NCBI GenBank assembly: GCA_951406725.2
Contig: OX597822.1
Coordinates: forward strand, 21,576,001-21,640,000
Direction: 5' to 3'
DNA length: 64,000 nucleotides
Source: Octopus vulgaris
Taxonomy: Eukaryota
How positions within the stretch are numbered: position 1 is the first letter of the stretch; each line of letters begins with the position of its first letter. Of the stretch, positions 38,470 to 51,897 are shown piece by piece. The translations under genes were made by a program, and so were the position numbers. Under the pieces are notes generated by a model. The model saw only the letters and a program-made list of their open reading frames with translations, did not search any database and was not told the DNA's origin.

Positions 38470-40215
38470 CACTTGCATTGGAAATTAATTAGCACTTCTC
38501 AAATTTCTACATTTTCTTACATTTTCTTAATTTAATTAACTTATTATCAGAAACAAACTCATTTTTAATCAAAAGTTTATTAAAACATATCCCAGCACAC
38601 CACATAATTGTTATTAATCGTGAAATTTAGTCAATATCTTGTTGCTCCTCCTTTGGCAGCAATGACAGCTGCTATGCTGGTCGGCATGCTGTCTATGAGT
38701 GCCTGCAGGTACTGTGCAGGGATGGCCCTCCATGCAGCAAGAAGTGCCCCAAACAGCTCGTGTCGGTTCCTGTATTGCTGCACATTCAAATCCCTACCCA
38801 ATCGACTCCAGAGGTTCTCAATAGGGTTCAGGTCAGGTGACTGGCCAGGCCAGTCCATGACCGTCACCCCATGGTCCTTGAAGAAACCGGTTGTGAGCTT
38901 GGCTGTGTGGGAAGGCGCGTTGTCCTGCTGGAGCACGTACTCCTCGCCACCAAAGAGGTATCCCGTACTATCTCAACGTACTTTGCTGAGTTGATGTTGC
39001 CTTCGACGGCATAGAGCCGCCCAACACCAATGTAGCTGAATGCCCCTCACACCATCAGACCACCCCCACCATGCTTCATGGTGGGAGCAATGCGGTCTTT
39101 GTTGAAGCTCTCACCCCTGCGGCGTCGCACATGGACAGGCTTGTCACTGATGAGACTGAATCGCGACTCGTCAGTGAACATCACTGTCCGCCACTGCTGC
39201 ACGGTCCATATCTTGTGGGCATGGGCCCAGAGCAGCCGCCTCTTCCGGTTTTGGGCTGTAAGGAGCGGCTTACGGGCGGCCCTACAGGATTTTAGACCAG
39301 CTTCCAGTAATCTAGTCTTGACGGTGGTTGTAGACAACTGCTTCCCTGTCATCTTTTGCATCTCCTCCACCAGTTGCTGGCTCGTTGCCCTTCAGTTGTA
39401 CAGTGACTTTCGGATCAGCATCCGGTCCTCCCGCTGGGTCGTCAGCCTCTTCCGTCCCCTACCCTTTTTGTCAGCTGCTGATCCGGTTTCCTCGTATTTC
39501 TTAAATAAGCACTGAATTTCCTCGTATTTCTTAAATAAGCACTGAATTTCCTCGTATTTCTTAAATAACACTGAAGTTTTCTGGCTATTGCAGCCTCCGA
39601 CAGCTTCCCACGCCACGAGAGAGCCTCGTACCGTCTCTCCAAGGTCATGCAAAGTCTTGGGCCCATCTAGGAATGAACGATAAAAACCAGTTATTTTCAT
39701 TAAAACTATTCATTTGAATAATGTTATGCTATAACAAAACTGCTATGAGTTATTATTCATGAAACAAAAAAGAAAGAAAGCAGAATTTCTCACCTTATTT
39801 GATGTATAACAGAAAGTTTTGTGAACTGGAAGTGACGTCACCAAGCAGAGTGTAGGAGAATTTGTGAGGAAAAAAAATTTTGCAAATACACAAATCAATT
39901 AACCTACGAGCTGTTCAAAACATCTTATGCGATGAGAAAACTTAGTACGGTGTGATTTCGGTCCTTGCGAGGCGCTACCTATATCTATTAAACAAAGGAA
40001 GATTTGTCTGCATCCGCACTCCAAGTTGTTGTTGCACTGCTATGTCAACATCATTAGGCTGTAGACTCTCAAACCGCTCTACAAACAAAGTTACGTCATC
40101 GTTCTGCGCAACAGTGAACTCGCAACAAAGCAATAGTTCGAGATATGGCCACTAGGTGACTGCAAATACCTTGAGTGAAGAGCAAATCAAGGGTGCTAAT
40201 TAATTTCTGACAGTA

Positions 40216-40218
<3 letters not shown>
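38470..40218 (-). mobile_element. Full-length Tc1 (DD34E) transposon, GC-rich, frameshifted transposase (39666 to 38631)
   Basis: TA|cact......gaaattaattagcac at both ends. MGPRLCMTLERR, GRGRKR, VMFTDESRF, TMKHGGGGLMV, QQDNAPSH, WPGQSPDLNPIENLW; 34 residues between the second D and E by hand count. Confidence 0.96.
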
Positions 40219-40252
<34 letters not shown>

Positions 40253-41229
40253 CACATACATATACGACATTGAGCTAGGTGTTGTTTAACTATAAATTCA
40301 AACTACATATAAACTATGCCTTTTAAAAATATTCTGGCAAAAGTCAGAAAGAAATTTTACAAGATCCCAAAGAAACTTTTATTTATTGCATTTGTTATGC
40401 TAAAAGAGATATACATAAACTGCAAATTAATAATAATTATTAATTAGAATTTTTCTGAAGCTGGTTATATACTTACCGATTATTATGTTTTTCTATAAGC
40501 TCTGTTCTAAGACACAGTCCTGTCTGTGTGGCAGGAACTTTGTTCCTTAGCTACGTGTTTCTGGATTTAGCACTAGTGTGTGACACCAAATGTCTCCTAC
40601 TGTAGCCCTGTGCGTGTTTGTGTGTGTGTGTGTGGCTGTGTGTTTGTGCTTGTCCAAAACCTGAATGGGTGCCAATGCAAGAGATTTTCTCTTTTAAACA
40701 CGAGACAAGAAATTTTATCTCACCTCCCCCATCTTTCTCTCTCCCACTATATACACACATGCACATACATGCACGCATATGTGTGTAGAAAATATGTCCC
40801 AACAAATTCTGTCTGACCCACTGGAAATTGAAAATTGAAACAATGAGGATGTGTGTGTGTATGCATGTGCTTGTTTACATCTTGCTTCTATAAAAGTAGG
40901 GACGCACAGATAATGTTAGAGTCAGTTCCCCTATAAACAAATCAACTGCTCACTTCACAAACTTTAAAGTTGCATGGAGTAAGAAATGTCTTATTGAATA
41001 ACACATAAGGATTATCTATAGAAAGAGCATCAAGCTGAAAAACAATGTTTCAATAATATATTAGTCAAACCCCTGTAAGCAGAGAAAAAAAAAAGTACAC
41101 AAAATTAATGAACAAATGAAGAAGCTGTAAATTTTAACTAAACTGCTGCTGCAAACCAAAATATTATTTTACAGACATTCACTCACAATATTTGGTTTTT
41201 ATAATTCAAATTGTCATAAAATTTTGAAA

Positions 41230-41615
41230 TATTTATTTCTGACATAGACACAAATCCACACATTTTACTCAAGAGTATTGTCAACTTAAATCAATCTCTG
41301 TATTTCCTTGATATCTTATTTTATCAACTCCATTAAGAATTAAAGGCAAAGTTAGACTCAGCAGTATTTAAAGCCACAATCTTCTAATGATTCTGCTACT
41401 CCACTGAAATTTTAGGAGAGGGATTAAATTGAGTACATCAACCTCAGTGCTCAATTGGTAGTTATTTTATTGACCCCCACCCCAAAAGGATCAAAGATAA
41501 AGTTGACCTTGGCCGAGTTTGAATTCAGAATGTAAAGACAGATGAATGTGAAGACAGACGAACTGCTGCTATGCATTTTGCTTGGCCTACTTGCAATTCT
41601 GTCTGCTCACGGCCT
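41230..41615 (-). mobile_element. Two adjacent diverged SINE family B copies
   Basis: Two aaaggcaaagtt.gac / aaagttgaccttggc cores on the reverse strand. Confidence 0.65.
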
Positions 41616-41667
41616 TAATCCACTGAAAAATTTACAAAAAAGACAACTGTATATGATTTTTATTATA

Positions 41668-42571
41668 TTGAGTCATCCCATAAATAATGCAGTTTTTTCA
41701 ATTGCATGAACTAAAAGTCAAAGGGGGATGAGATAAACTACCTGCATCAACTTTCTATAAAAGGAGGTAGTAATTTTACCTTGTACTTATTCTTAGTGCA
41801 AGTTTTGAAGAGTGAAGTTCGATTTTAACAGTTATTTTTTCAAAGCTATAATGGAAATGATAAAGGAGTATATTTGGCATAATTTGTTTTATGAGTTCAA
41901 TAACGGTAACAATGCAACAGAAAGTATGAAGAATATTAATGCAGTATATGGGGATCAGACAAAAAGCGTAAGCCAGTGTCAACAGTGGTTCCAGAAATTC
42001 TGAGCTGGAAACTACAGCTTAGAAGGCATGCCTTGTCCTGGAAGATCTGTAGAGCTTGACAAGGATGTCCTGCAAAGCTTAGTGGAATAAAATCCTATTG
42101 TAACTGTTGAGGAACTTGCAGAGACGCTTGGATTTGGTCATTCAGCCAGACATTCAAGTCAACGCTGGAAGAAAAACGACCATCTTTGGTTTCAAGATGA
42201 TAGGTGTTTTTCCATTAGGTTGTGCTTGGCCACATACTGCAAGCATGGCCTTCCAAAGGCCGGAGCAGTTTGAATGGGAAGCGATGCCCCACTCACCATA
42301 TTCGCTGGACATTGCCCCATCTGACTATCATTTATTCTGCAGTCTTCGATATCATTTGGATGAAAAAACTATGAATTCTGTAGACAAGGTCAGAACAGTA
42401 CTGGAGGAGTATTTTTCACCATGGGGGCCTTGCAAGTCTACCAGATAGATGGAAGAGCATTGTGGAAAATGAAGGAGAGTATATTCTAGATTAAAAAAGA
42501 ACTTGGTTTATCTTAATTTTGAAAAATGAAAGAAGTATAAAAACAACAACATTATTTATGGGATTACCCAA
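41668..42571 (+). mobile_element. Internally deleted mariner, same family as 26426-27314
   Basis: TA|ttgagtcatcccataaataatg ... cattatttatgggattacccaa|TA; MEMIKEYIWHNLFYEF; HSPYSLDIAPSDYHLF. Confidence 0.93.
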
Positions 42572-42599
42572 TAATTAGAACTTGGATTGTGTTGATGTT

Positions 42600-43060
42600 T
42601 AAGACATTTGTGATTTATTGGTGCAGATATTTAGTTGTTATATGATCTAGTGAGTAAACTGTATAACTTCCTTCCAATTGTTTGTGTAATACAACAACAT
42701 GTAGCTAATGTTATCTCTGGAGTAATGTTACTTGACAGGGTACAAACTTGGAGATGAGGAAGTCTCTCCAAATCACACACTACTGCTATACATTGAGAGA
42801 TCACAGCTCCGGTATTATAGACATGTGATTAGATTATGAGAAAAATTTACAAGAGGATTCTTCAAGGTAAACCATCTGGTAAGTAACCTTGGGATAGAGC
42901 ACGACTGAGATGATTGGACCATATCCACAGACTCAGTTGGTCTTGTCAAGGAATCCAGAAAGTATAATGATGGTTGCTTCTGATAGGAGCTTATGGAGGA
43001 GATACCTGAGGATTCTACATCCATGACCCAACCAGGAATAGTCATCAGTGAAGATGGATG
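42600..43060 (+). mobile_element. Old RTE (Rex3/Expander-like) 3' fragment
   Basis: TLLLYIERSQLRYYRHVIR ... KPSGK*PWDRARLR*LDHIHRLSW. Confidence 0.65.
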
Positions 43061-45561
43061 GATATTTGGTTATCTTATGAAAGATTAAGAGGTTTGTCTA
43101 GCAACAACAAATCCCACCATGTGACATCTCAAGCAAATATTTCCTACCTCAGTCTCAAGTTGGCCAGATCTTTATTTGTTAATGTTAGTAGACAGAAAAC
43201 ATGTGGAAATACATTAGAGGAACTGCTTATGTTTTTAAATGGTAGACTTAATTTGTTGCCTATGTTAATGTCCTCTAAAGTTTTTGGGGTCTCAGGTACC
43301 TTTGGAGTTTGCTCTGCTTAGTGTTCAGATAAGGTCTCCATTCTAAGGATAGCTTCCTTCCACCAATCTTGGATATTTAGGAAATGGTCATGGGTCCTGT
43401 AATTTTGCCCTTGACTAAGCTAAAAATAAACAAAAAAAATGTCTCTTGTATAAAAGCTGTGTTGTTCTGATGTTATTGTAATAATTCTGAATCATAACAA
43501 GGTGTTTCTATCATCAAAAACAATGACAGGTTGAAACTTCTATAGTAACAAGTGATGGCTGAAGAAACTGTATTATTAACTTATTGTTTATTTTGGATTA
43601 ATTTTATAGTTAGAAGCAATTTTTGAATCAATTCTGCAAAGATGATACAATGAGAAATTTTACCAGCAATTTCTATAGTCTAATCAACAGCTATTTATTT
43701 CATTCAATTGAACTGATGGAATTCAGGGTGATGAGGGTGGTGGTTAGTGTTTGGCGTAAGAATTGGCTGAAGCTCACACATATAAACTGAAGAATATTGA
43801 AATTAATTCACAAAGAGATGTAGAGTAAATTTACAACGACATTTTGATGTAGAAATGAGTTAGTGTTGAGGGAATTAAGACAATACAAATTAGAATTTTC
43901 CATTGCTCATTCATTAATCATTGGCACTAACTTTGACAACACTTGCTATCTGAAACCACGAAACAATAAAATATCTCTTGGGATTAATGTATTAAAAGAA
44001 AAAAAAAGTTTTCTTATTCTCTCCCTCTGTCTTTCATTATTTCTTTCATTCCTGTTCTGTTCTTCGTTTTAATGTTTTTTATCATTCTTTTTCATTTATT
44101 TCTTACTCTTCATTCATTTTTTCTTCATTCCAATTTTTTTATCATCTTTCATTCTTTTCTCTTTTCCACTTTTTGTTTTTTACTTTTCCATCAACTCCCA
44201 CCTTGTTTTCTTTCTTTCTACAGTTAGTTACTGAGTTGATCACTAATTCAATTTAAATCAAACTAAATTCTGTACTTAAACAATTAAATACCGATTCCGT
44301 TTAGTTCTTGCATGTGTTGGCTTTGATTTAATAGTAATCTGACAAAAAAGCAAATTACTTCATTCTTCTATCAATGATGATTTTTAAGAAAGAATATTCA
44401 TTTCCTTTCCATAGCAATTTATGTTTTTTGTGTTTGTTTTTAGGGTGGTGAACTTGGTGCAAATACTAAAGAATTAAACTAGTAAATGTTTACTTTTCAT
44501 GTTCAATATCTCCTAAGTAGGAGCTCATAAACTACTCAAGTCTATTTACATTGATTTAGTGAATAGATATTTTCAAAATGGGAAAACATCTTAAAGCTGC
44601 AAAGGCTCTTTATTGGTGGGGTTGTGTTGGAAAGTTCCAATAAGGTTCTGCAGGTTATGCTATTGTTATTTAACTCTAAGTTACCTTGAACACACAGGTC
44701 TATGATCAAGGGCTGTGTTTTCTGGGATACTTGACTGCTATTTCTTGCATCTCAAGAAGAAATGTAAAGATTAACTTGTTACCTCCTCATATCTTCACTA
44801 TATATCAAAGAATGAAGTTTTATCAACGTAATTCAGTATCTTTCATTTATACTTTCTTATCAAATTTCTGTGGATTTGTATGACTTACTATCACCGACTT
44901 AGAAATCTTCAAGAACTATATAAGCACTTGATACTGCTCTAATCCTGCTCAGTTATACTGCAGCAAGACTTATGCATATTATTAATTATACAATGCATAT
45001 TATTCATATAATTTTATTCTTAAATATGTAACATATATATCATGCAAGCAAGTCTGTGCGCTTAAGGTTACTTAAAAACCTCATGGTTTTAAGTTCAATC
45101 CTATCATATAGCAAGTGCCTACAATAACCCCAGTCCAATGAATGCCTTGTGAGAATATGTGGTAGATGGAAACTGCAGAAGTCTGTCATATATTATGTAA
45201 CATATTGTATCACATGAATATACTGACAGGTAGTCACTGCAGTACTGAGAAAGCACATAATGAGTATGAATTCAAAAAAGATGCTGAGGGCATTCATTGT
45301 TTCAGCCCAGGTCAGCATTGTAACCATCATATTTTTATAAATGAAGAACTGTATTGCCAAACATATCCTTCTTCAAATTTCGCAGAATTGTAGCTGTTCA
45401 TAGCAGGTGAGTGACTGCTCCATTTGGTTGATGAAGATTGTTATTGTAAAAGTTTAGCAGGTACTTGAAGGAAATTACAACACTGACATATGTTCATCAT
45501 CCATATAGTGGATGAGGATTGACAGAAAAATTTAGTGATATATGACACTTTATATGTAATA

Positions 45562-46027
45562 CAGGTTGATAATCCTTTCTCCAAAATCCCAAAATCTGTA
45601 AGCTTTTAGAATGCTGACATGACACACCATGAATGGAAAATTGTACAAAGTGCTGTTTTTCAATCATATCATATACCCAGGCCTATTCCATTTTTTTTTT
45701 AGGAGTGGGTAGCCACAGCAAGACACACACCAAGCATTCCATTCATTTCCCATATAAATGATAATATATGAGTCTCCACCTACAATGTCATCTATTGATC
45801 AAAAGGTTTAAGTACTCATATATCATTTATGTTTTATTTTTTACTGAACAGGTATTAGGTATTTACGTAAGGTATCAAAAAACAGTTACTATATTATGAA
45901 ATGTAAATAGATATTGTGTTTAGATTTGACTCCCATCTTCAAGCTGTCCAATTTTATAGATGCAAATATAAAGATACCCTGAAATATGCAACACTTTCAG
46001 TCCCAGCAATTTTGGATTCTCAATCTG
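45562..46027. mobile_element. pogo/Tigger-like MITE, diverged
   Basis: TA|caggttga ... tcaatctg|TA, with MER2-like subterminal sequence. Confidence 0.55.
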
Positions 46028-47543
46028 TACTGAATATATAATAGCTGGTATATGACACTTAATATATAACTGTTGTATAATACTTGGTTTAAAAAGAGAC
46101 AATTGTCACTTGAGAACAAGTATGGTTTGGAAGTATGTACTATACTTTTGCTGATGGTTTTGGGTGCCTATGTGGTGATGAGCAGACATAGACACCATCA
46201 CAGCCATCCTGCATCTTAGTGGACATCTAGGATCTGACAGCTGGAGGGAGAGAAAGCGGCACCAGCACTTAATAGGTACTCCTTACAACTGAGTAGACTG
46301 GAGCAACATAAAGTGAAATGCCTTACTCAAGTTCTCAATGCACTGACAGGGCCAAGAACTCAACTCACAACCTTATAATCATGTTCCAAATGCCATAACA
46401 GGCTACATATCTTCATAATATTTGATATGTTATATGTGATATATGATACATTACATGGTGTCAGTAACACAGAAACGATAGAGGTAGGGCCAGTGTAGCT
46501 TTGTCATTAGCAGTCAAACTTATGTCACAGAAAAGTACATTTGTCACTGAAGTTAATCATATTTATAAAGGGCTTATTGTTTGGGGACTGGAAACTTCCT
46601 TCAATACGATAAATAAATAAGTTTGAATGTTTTCTTTTGTGTGTGTGTGTTGCCAAATACTTGTCTAAATTAGTAATACACTAATGAGGTGATACTACAT
46701 CAATTTGGTTCTAATGAGGCATTGAACCAGAGAACTGAACTTAATTCTTTGATAACCTCTTATCTCAATCCAAAGACTGCTGTAGTTGTGATTAATATGA
46801 TCCATGTACAATCAATTACATTAACTTATTGTTTGTAGAATTTATGGTTTTTTATGTAGAGTATAATCAGCTTAGTCAATTTCGTCTTTGACCACTCAAG
46901 TCAGTGTCAGGCTAATTCATATTTACAGTTCTTTAGTTATTCAGCTGGCCCTCATGGAAATACAATAAGCGACCTCTAATTCTTGCCACAGACACAATAA
47001 TGTTATGTTTCATATTTACACTTAATTGTATTTATAGAAATAGAGAGAGAGTTGGTGGTGGGGAACATGAGTCAGTGAGGGAGGCACTACATATTTGCTT
47101 GACCTGCCTGTAATATCAGTCAATACTCCTTCAAATCACATCCCTATTCATGTCCCTGTCATGGTAAATATGGGAAAGGTACATTACACAAAACACCCCT
47201 GGATTCACACTGCCTGAAAAAATAAAAGAAAGACTGTCAAAGCTGCAATATCTTTGATTACATGCTTTTCAAGGATTACCAGGAGTTAACAAAAGCAATG
47301 CAACTCCCACCACACATGCATGTGCACTCATGCAGCAGTTGCCCAAGATCCCGGATCAACTGGTAACGTAAGTGTTCTGCAGCCATGCCCACATTTACAG
47401 ATTGAAAATAAACACTACAATTAACAGTTAGTTAACAGTGAGTTGACAGGCAGCTTTGATGAATAAATATGTTTCATGCATGTATCTCTCTCATTCTTTC
47501 TCTCCCTCTACCTGTCTATTCTATGCTTCTCTGTCTATTTGTC

Positions 47544-47580
<37 letters not shown>

Positions 47581-47735
47581 CACCCCTTGAAGGTATTAGC
47601 TGTGTTCAAACAAACCTGAAGAATGATGGGCTCCCCAAGGTTTACAAATGCCCAAGGTATATAATGTCATGACTACCCCTATGACTGTCTATCCATCTGT
47701 TTGTATGTCTATCAATCAATCAATCTATCTATCTG

Positions 47736-47787
<52 letters not shown>

Positions 47788-47889
47788 ACTCTTTGTCCAT
47801 CTCTCCATCCACCTGTCTGTCTATCCATCAATTAATCTCTCTCATGCTCTCTCTCTCTCTCACTCTATCTATCTAGCTATCTATCTCTA

Positions 47890-48300
47890 TTTACTCTTTT
47901 ACTTGTTTCAGTCATTTGACTGTAGCCATGCTGGAGCACCGCCTTTAGTCGAGCAAATCAAACCCAGAACTTATTCTTTGTAAGCCTAGTACTTATTCTA
48001 TCAGTCTCTTTTGTCGAACCACTAAGTTACGGGGACGTAAATACACCAGCATCGGTTGTCAAGCGATGTTGGGAGGACAAACACAGACATGCAAACATAT
48101 ACACATGCACATACATATATATATGTACATATATACAATGGGCTTCTTTCAGTTTCCATCTACCAAATTCACTCACAAGGCTTTGGTTGGCCCAAGGCCA
48201 TAGTAGAAGACACTTGCCCAAGGTGCCACGCAGTGGGTCTGAACTCAGAACCATGTGGTTGGTAAGCAAGCTACTTACCACTCAGCCACTCCTACTCCTA
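47890..48300 (-). mobile_element. SINE family A, full-length
   Basis: Reverse complement of the family A head, core and tail. Confidence 0.95.
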
Positions 48301-48607
48301 TTTATTTATTTATTTATTTATTTATCTATCTGTTTATCTGTATTTGTCTGTCTATCCACCTGTCTCTCTATCTAACTTTCTCTCTCTCTCTCTCTCCCTA
48401 TCTATCTATCTACTTCATCAATCTAACTAGCTGTCTCTTGTTCTGTCTGTCTATCACTATCTTGTTTTAAGCATAGTGAAACTGTGTGTTAAACTATATA
48501 TACTGGGTTTGTATTGGAAGAGATTAGTTTTAAGTCAGTCTGTTATTATCTCTTTATTGCACCACATTTGTCTTTTCAAGTGTAGCAATAACAATAAATG
48601 AATATAG

Positions 48608-48775
48608 ATGCAGGTGTGACTGTGTGGTAAGAAGCTTGCATCTCAACCACGTGCTTCTGGGTTCAGTCCCACTGCATGGCACCTTGGGCAAGTGTCTTCT
48701 GCTATAGCTTCGGACTGACCAAAGCCTTGTGAGTGGATTTGGTAGACAGAAACTTAAAGAAGCCTGTCGTGTATA
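48608..48775 (+). mobile_element. SINE family A 5' half, ending at the MITE
   Basis: gcaggtgtgactgtgtggtaag...gaagcctgtcgtgtatata. Confidence 0.88.
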
Positions 48776-48777
48776 TA

Positions 48778-49724
48778 CAGGTTTATTCAAAAAGAATGAA
48801 CCAATTTCATTATGCAGTATTTTAATAAGGAAAAGCAATAGAAAACTCCAGCTAAGTCACAATCAACTTTTATTTCCTGTCTTACAAGTGTTCAGTGTGG
48901 CCACCCCCTGCAGCATGGGTAACATCAATGCGATAAGAGAAGCCCTCCCAGATGTGCATATCAGCATATCACAATCCACTGTGTGTGTGATTTTCTTTCT
49001 TGTGGAGATATACTCTCTTTACTCTTTTACTTGTTTCAGTCATTTGACTGTGGCCATGCTGGAGCTCTGCCTTTAGTCGAGCAAATCAACCCCAGGACTT
49101 ATTCTTTGTAAGCCTAGTACTTATTCTATTGGTCTCTTTTGCCAAATCACTAAGTTACGGGGACATAAACACTCCAGTATCGGTTGTCAAGCGATGTTGA
49201 GGGGACAAACACAGACACACAAACATATACACACACACATACATATACATATATATACATATATGCGACTGGCTTCTTTCAGTTTCTGTCTACCAAATTT
49301 GCTCACAAGGCTTTGGTCGGCCCAAAGCTATAGTAGAAGACACTTACCCAAGGTGCCACATAGTGGGAATGAACCTGGAACCATATGGTTGGTAAGCAAG
49401 CTACTTACCACACAACCACTCCTACACCTATATGTAAAAGATTGCATTTATGTTCCGCCACTACCCACTAACCTTGAAGACCTTAAACATCAAATAACAA
49501 GAGAGATCAACTCAGTGGATTGTGATATGCTGATATGCACATCTGGGAGGAATTCTCTTATCACATTGATTTTGTCCATGTTGCAGTTGGTGGCCACACT
49601 GAACACTTATAAGATAGGAAATAAAAGTTAATTATGAATAAATACTTGTGACTTAGCTGGAGTTTTCTATTGCTTTTCCTTATTAAAATATTGCGTAATG
49701 AAATCGGTTCATTCTTTTTGAATA
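48778..49724. mobile_element. Tc1/mariner-derived fold-back element with ~200-bp inverted arms and a transposase C-terminal remnant
   Basis: 48785-48980 is the reverse complement of 49513-49724; the interior reads CDF(F)LW.YVKDCIYVPPLPTNLEDLKHQIT (maT/rosa-like C-terminus). Confidence 0.8.
49011..49430 (-). mobile_element. SINE family A, full-length, nested in the fold-back element
   Basis: Family head, core and tail on the reverse strand. Confidence 0.95.
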
Positions 49725-50854
49725 CATTTGAAAGTCTATGAGAATTACTTGAAACAGTTTTGAAGTGAAAAGGTGATTTTTAAAAAAATGTTATAAATTA
49801 TTTCATCAGGATGTCACTAACCTATTTTGGAAAGAAGTTTTTTTTCCTAGTGTGTGCATGCTTTCGATTAACAAACTGCATTCTTTATTAAAAGACTTAT
49901 GATCCAAGATGAATATAGATGCAGGTGTGACTTGTGGTAAGAAGCTTGCATCTCAACCACGTGCTTCTGGGTTCAGTCCCACTGCATGGCACCTTGGGCA
50001 AGTGTCTTCTGCTATAGCTATCAAACGTGGGGTATCTATGATTAGAACCACATTATCTAACATCTCCACGTTTATTAAGACAGTAGAGTGTGATTTAATT
50101 TTTTCCTAGCAGGCTCCTTTGTTGATTAACACACCTTCCATTGCCTTGGGCTCCCAACTTGTATCAAAGGCATAGGGGTAGTCATGACATGGGCGTTTGT
50201 AAACCTGGTGGAGTCTATCATTCTCAAGATCTGTTTGAGTATAACTAATATCTTCAAGAGAGTCAGAATGAGAGAGAGAGAGGAAAAGAGGAATCAGCTC
50301 TAGCGTTGGACTTATTCTTTATCTATGTACTTTGAAAAAATGAGAGGCAAATTTGACCTTGACAGAATTTTAACTTGGAGCATAGGGAGCTGGAACAGAT
50401 ATTATATCTAAGGCATTATATCTAACATGTTAATGATGATTCTACTAAAAAGACACTTTGGTTAACATGGACCTGTATTGCACAGTACATACCACTCATG
50501 TGGTCCACACATGCAGCAATTTCTAATAGGTTTCTTTCTTTTTGCTTCCTACACATATGTTGTTTGCTGGCCTCACAACCAAATTATTGTTCTTCAAAGT
50601 AGGCTGTTTCCAAGTTTAGTATTGTAGGTCAATGGTACACTTGTAACATCATGCCTATTCTGCATCTTATAATATTTGTCTAAAAAATCCTGTAAAAACC
50701 TGCCCACTGAAACAGGTAAACCTAACTAGTTAACCCTTACACAATGAACATAAATTTCATGGTTATTCTGTCAAGTTACATTGCCTCAATAAACTTAACA
50801 TATCTTGAAAAGAAGTAGTTTCAAACATGGCATTCTTTGACAAAAATAAAGTTG

Positions 50855-51180
50855 ATATCTTTATCTTTTACGTGATTCTGTCATTGGATTGCAACCATCC
50901 TGAGGCACCAGCTCAAGGGGCTTTAGTCAAATGAATTGGTCCTAGTACTTATATTTTTAAAAACCTAGTACTTCTATCAGTTCCTTATTGCTGAACCATC
51001 AAGTTCCGGGGATGTAAACCAATACTGAATAGATGGTGAGGGAGAAATACACTCCCACACACACACATATACATATATACATGTACATACGATGGGCTTC
51101 TTTCAGTTTCTGTCTTCTAAATCTACTCACAAGGTTTTGGTCAGCCCAGAGCTATAGTGGAAGGCACAAGCTACCACACA
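50855..51180 (-). mobile_element. SINE family A, older copy
   Basis: tatctttatcttttac...gatgggcttctttcagtttc...ctcacaagg.tttggtc. Confidence 0.75.
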
Positions 51181-51419
51181 GTTAAGGGTACTGAAATTTT
51201 GAGTGGATAAATCTGATTTCTACATTAATAACGTTAAAGTCAGGTATTCTGTTCATAAATGTGGTACTAATTCCCAAATAATCTACTTTGTTTAATTATT
51301 GTTTGTTGTTACTGTTTCTTTGTTGTTGCTGCAGCTATCATGAATGTTTTACTGTTGTTGTTGTTATTGCTATACTATTGTTATTGTCCTTGTTCTTGTT
51401 GTTGTCTTCTTCTTCTTCC

Positions 51420-51897
51420 AATCAGGACTCACACCATTAGCCACAAAGAATAATCTCTAATTCGAGCCTACTCTCAGCTACTAAGAATGCGTGTGGCAAC
51501 TTGAAGATCCACCCACCACACGCGATAGACTGGCGGTTGCATGGGCACGAAAGCTACGTTGTTATCCTCATTCCGTAAGCGGTGGCTTTTAACGGGTGGA
51601 GCGCTGAACCATCCTGGGGTACAGAGGATTAGCAATCTAGACTCGGGTCTGCAAGTTTACTACACCATAGTGGGTTACACCATGGTTCCTCTGCTTTGTG
51701 GCAGAAGTAGGAAGAAAGAGTGAGATAAAATTGGTGTGAAAGAGTAGAGTGGGGTTCACCACCCCTTCCCACCAAAGCCTTGTGAAGCTTAGGCGTTTTT
51801 GCTCAATAAACACTCACAATGCCCAGTCTGGGAATTGAAACTGCATTCTGATGACTGCGAGTCCACTGCCCCTAACCACTGGGCCATTGCACCTCCA
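51420..51897 (-). mobile_element. tRNA-derived SINE (family D) inside (GTT)n low-complexity DNA
   Basis: Reverse complement head ggaggtgcaatggcccagtggttaggg...gtttcaattcc (A and B boxes). Confidence 0.75.

Noticed and set aside
39146-39176. cactgatgag...ctcgtcagtg hairpin as a hammerhead
   Set aside because: No GAAA or helix III; it is antisense transposase coding sequence (TDESRFSLIS).
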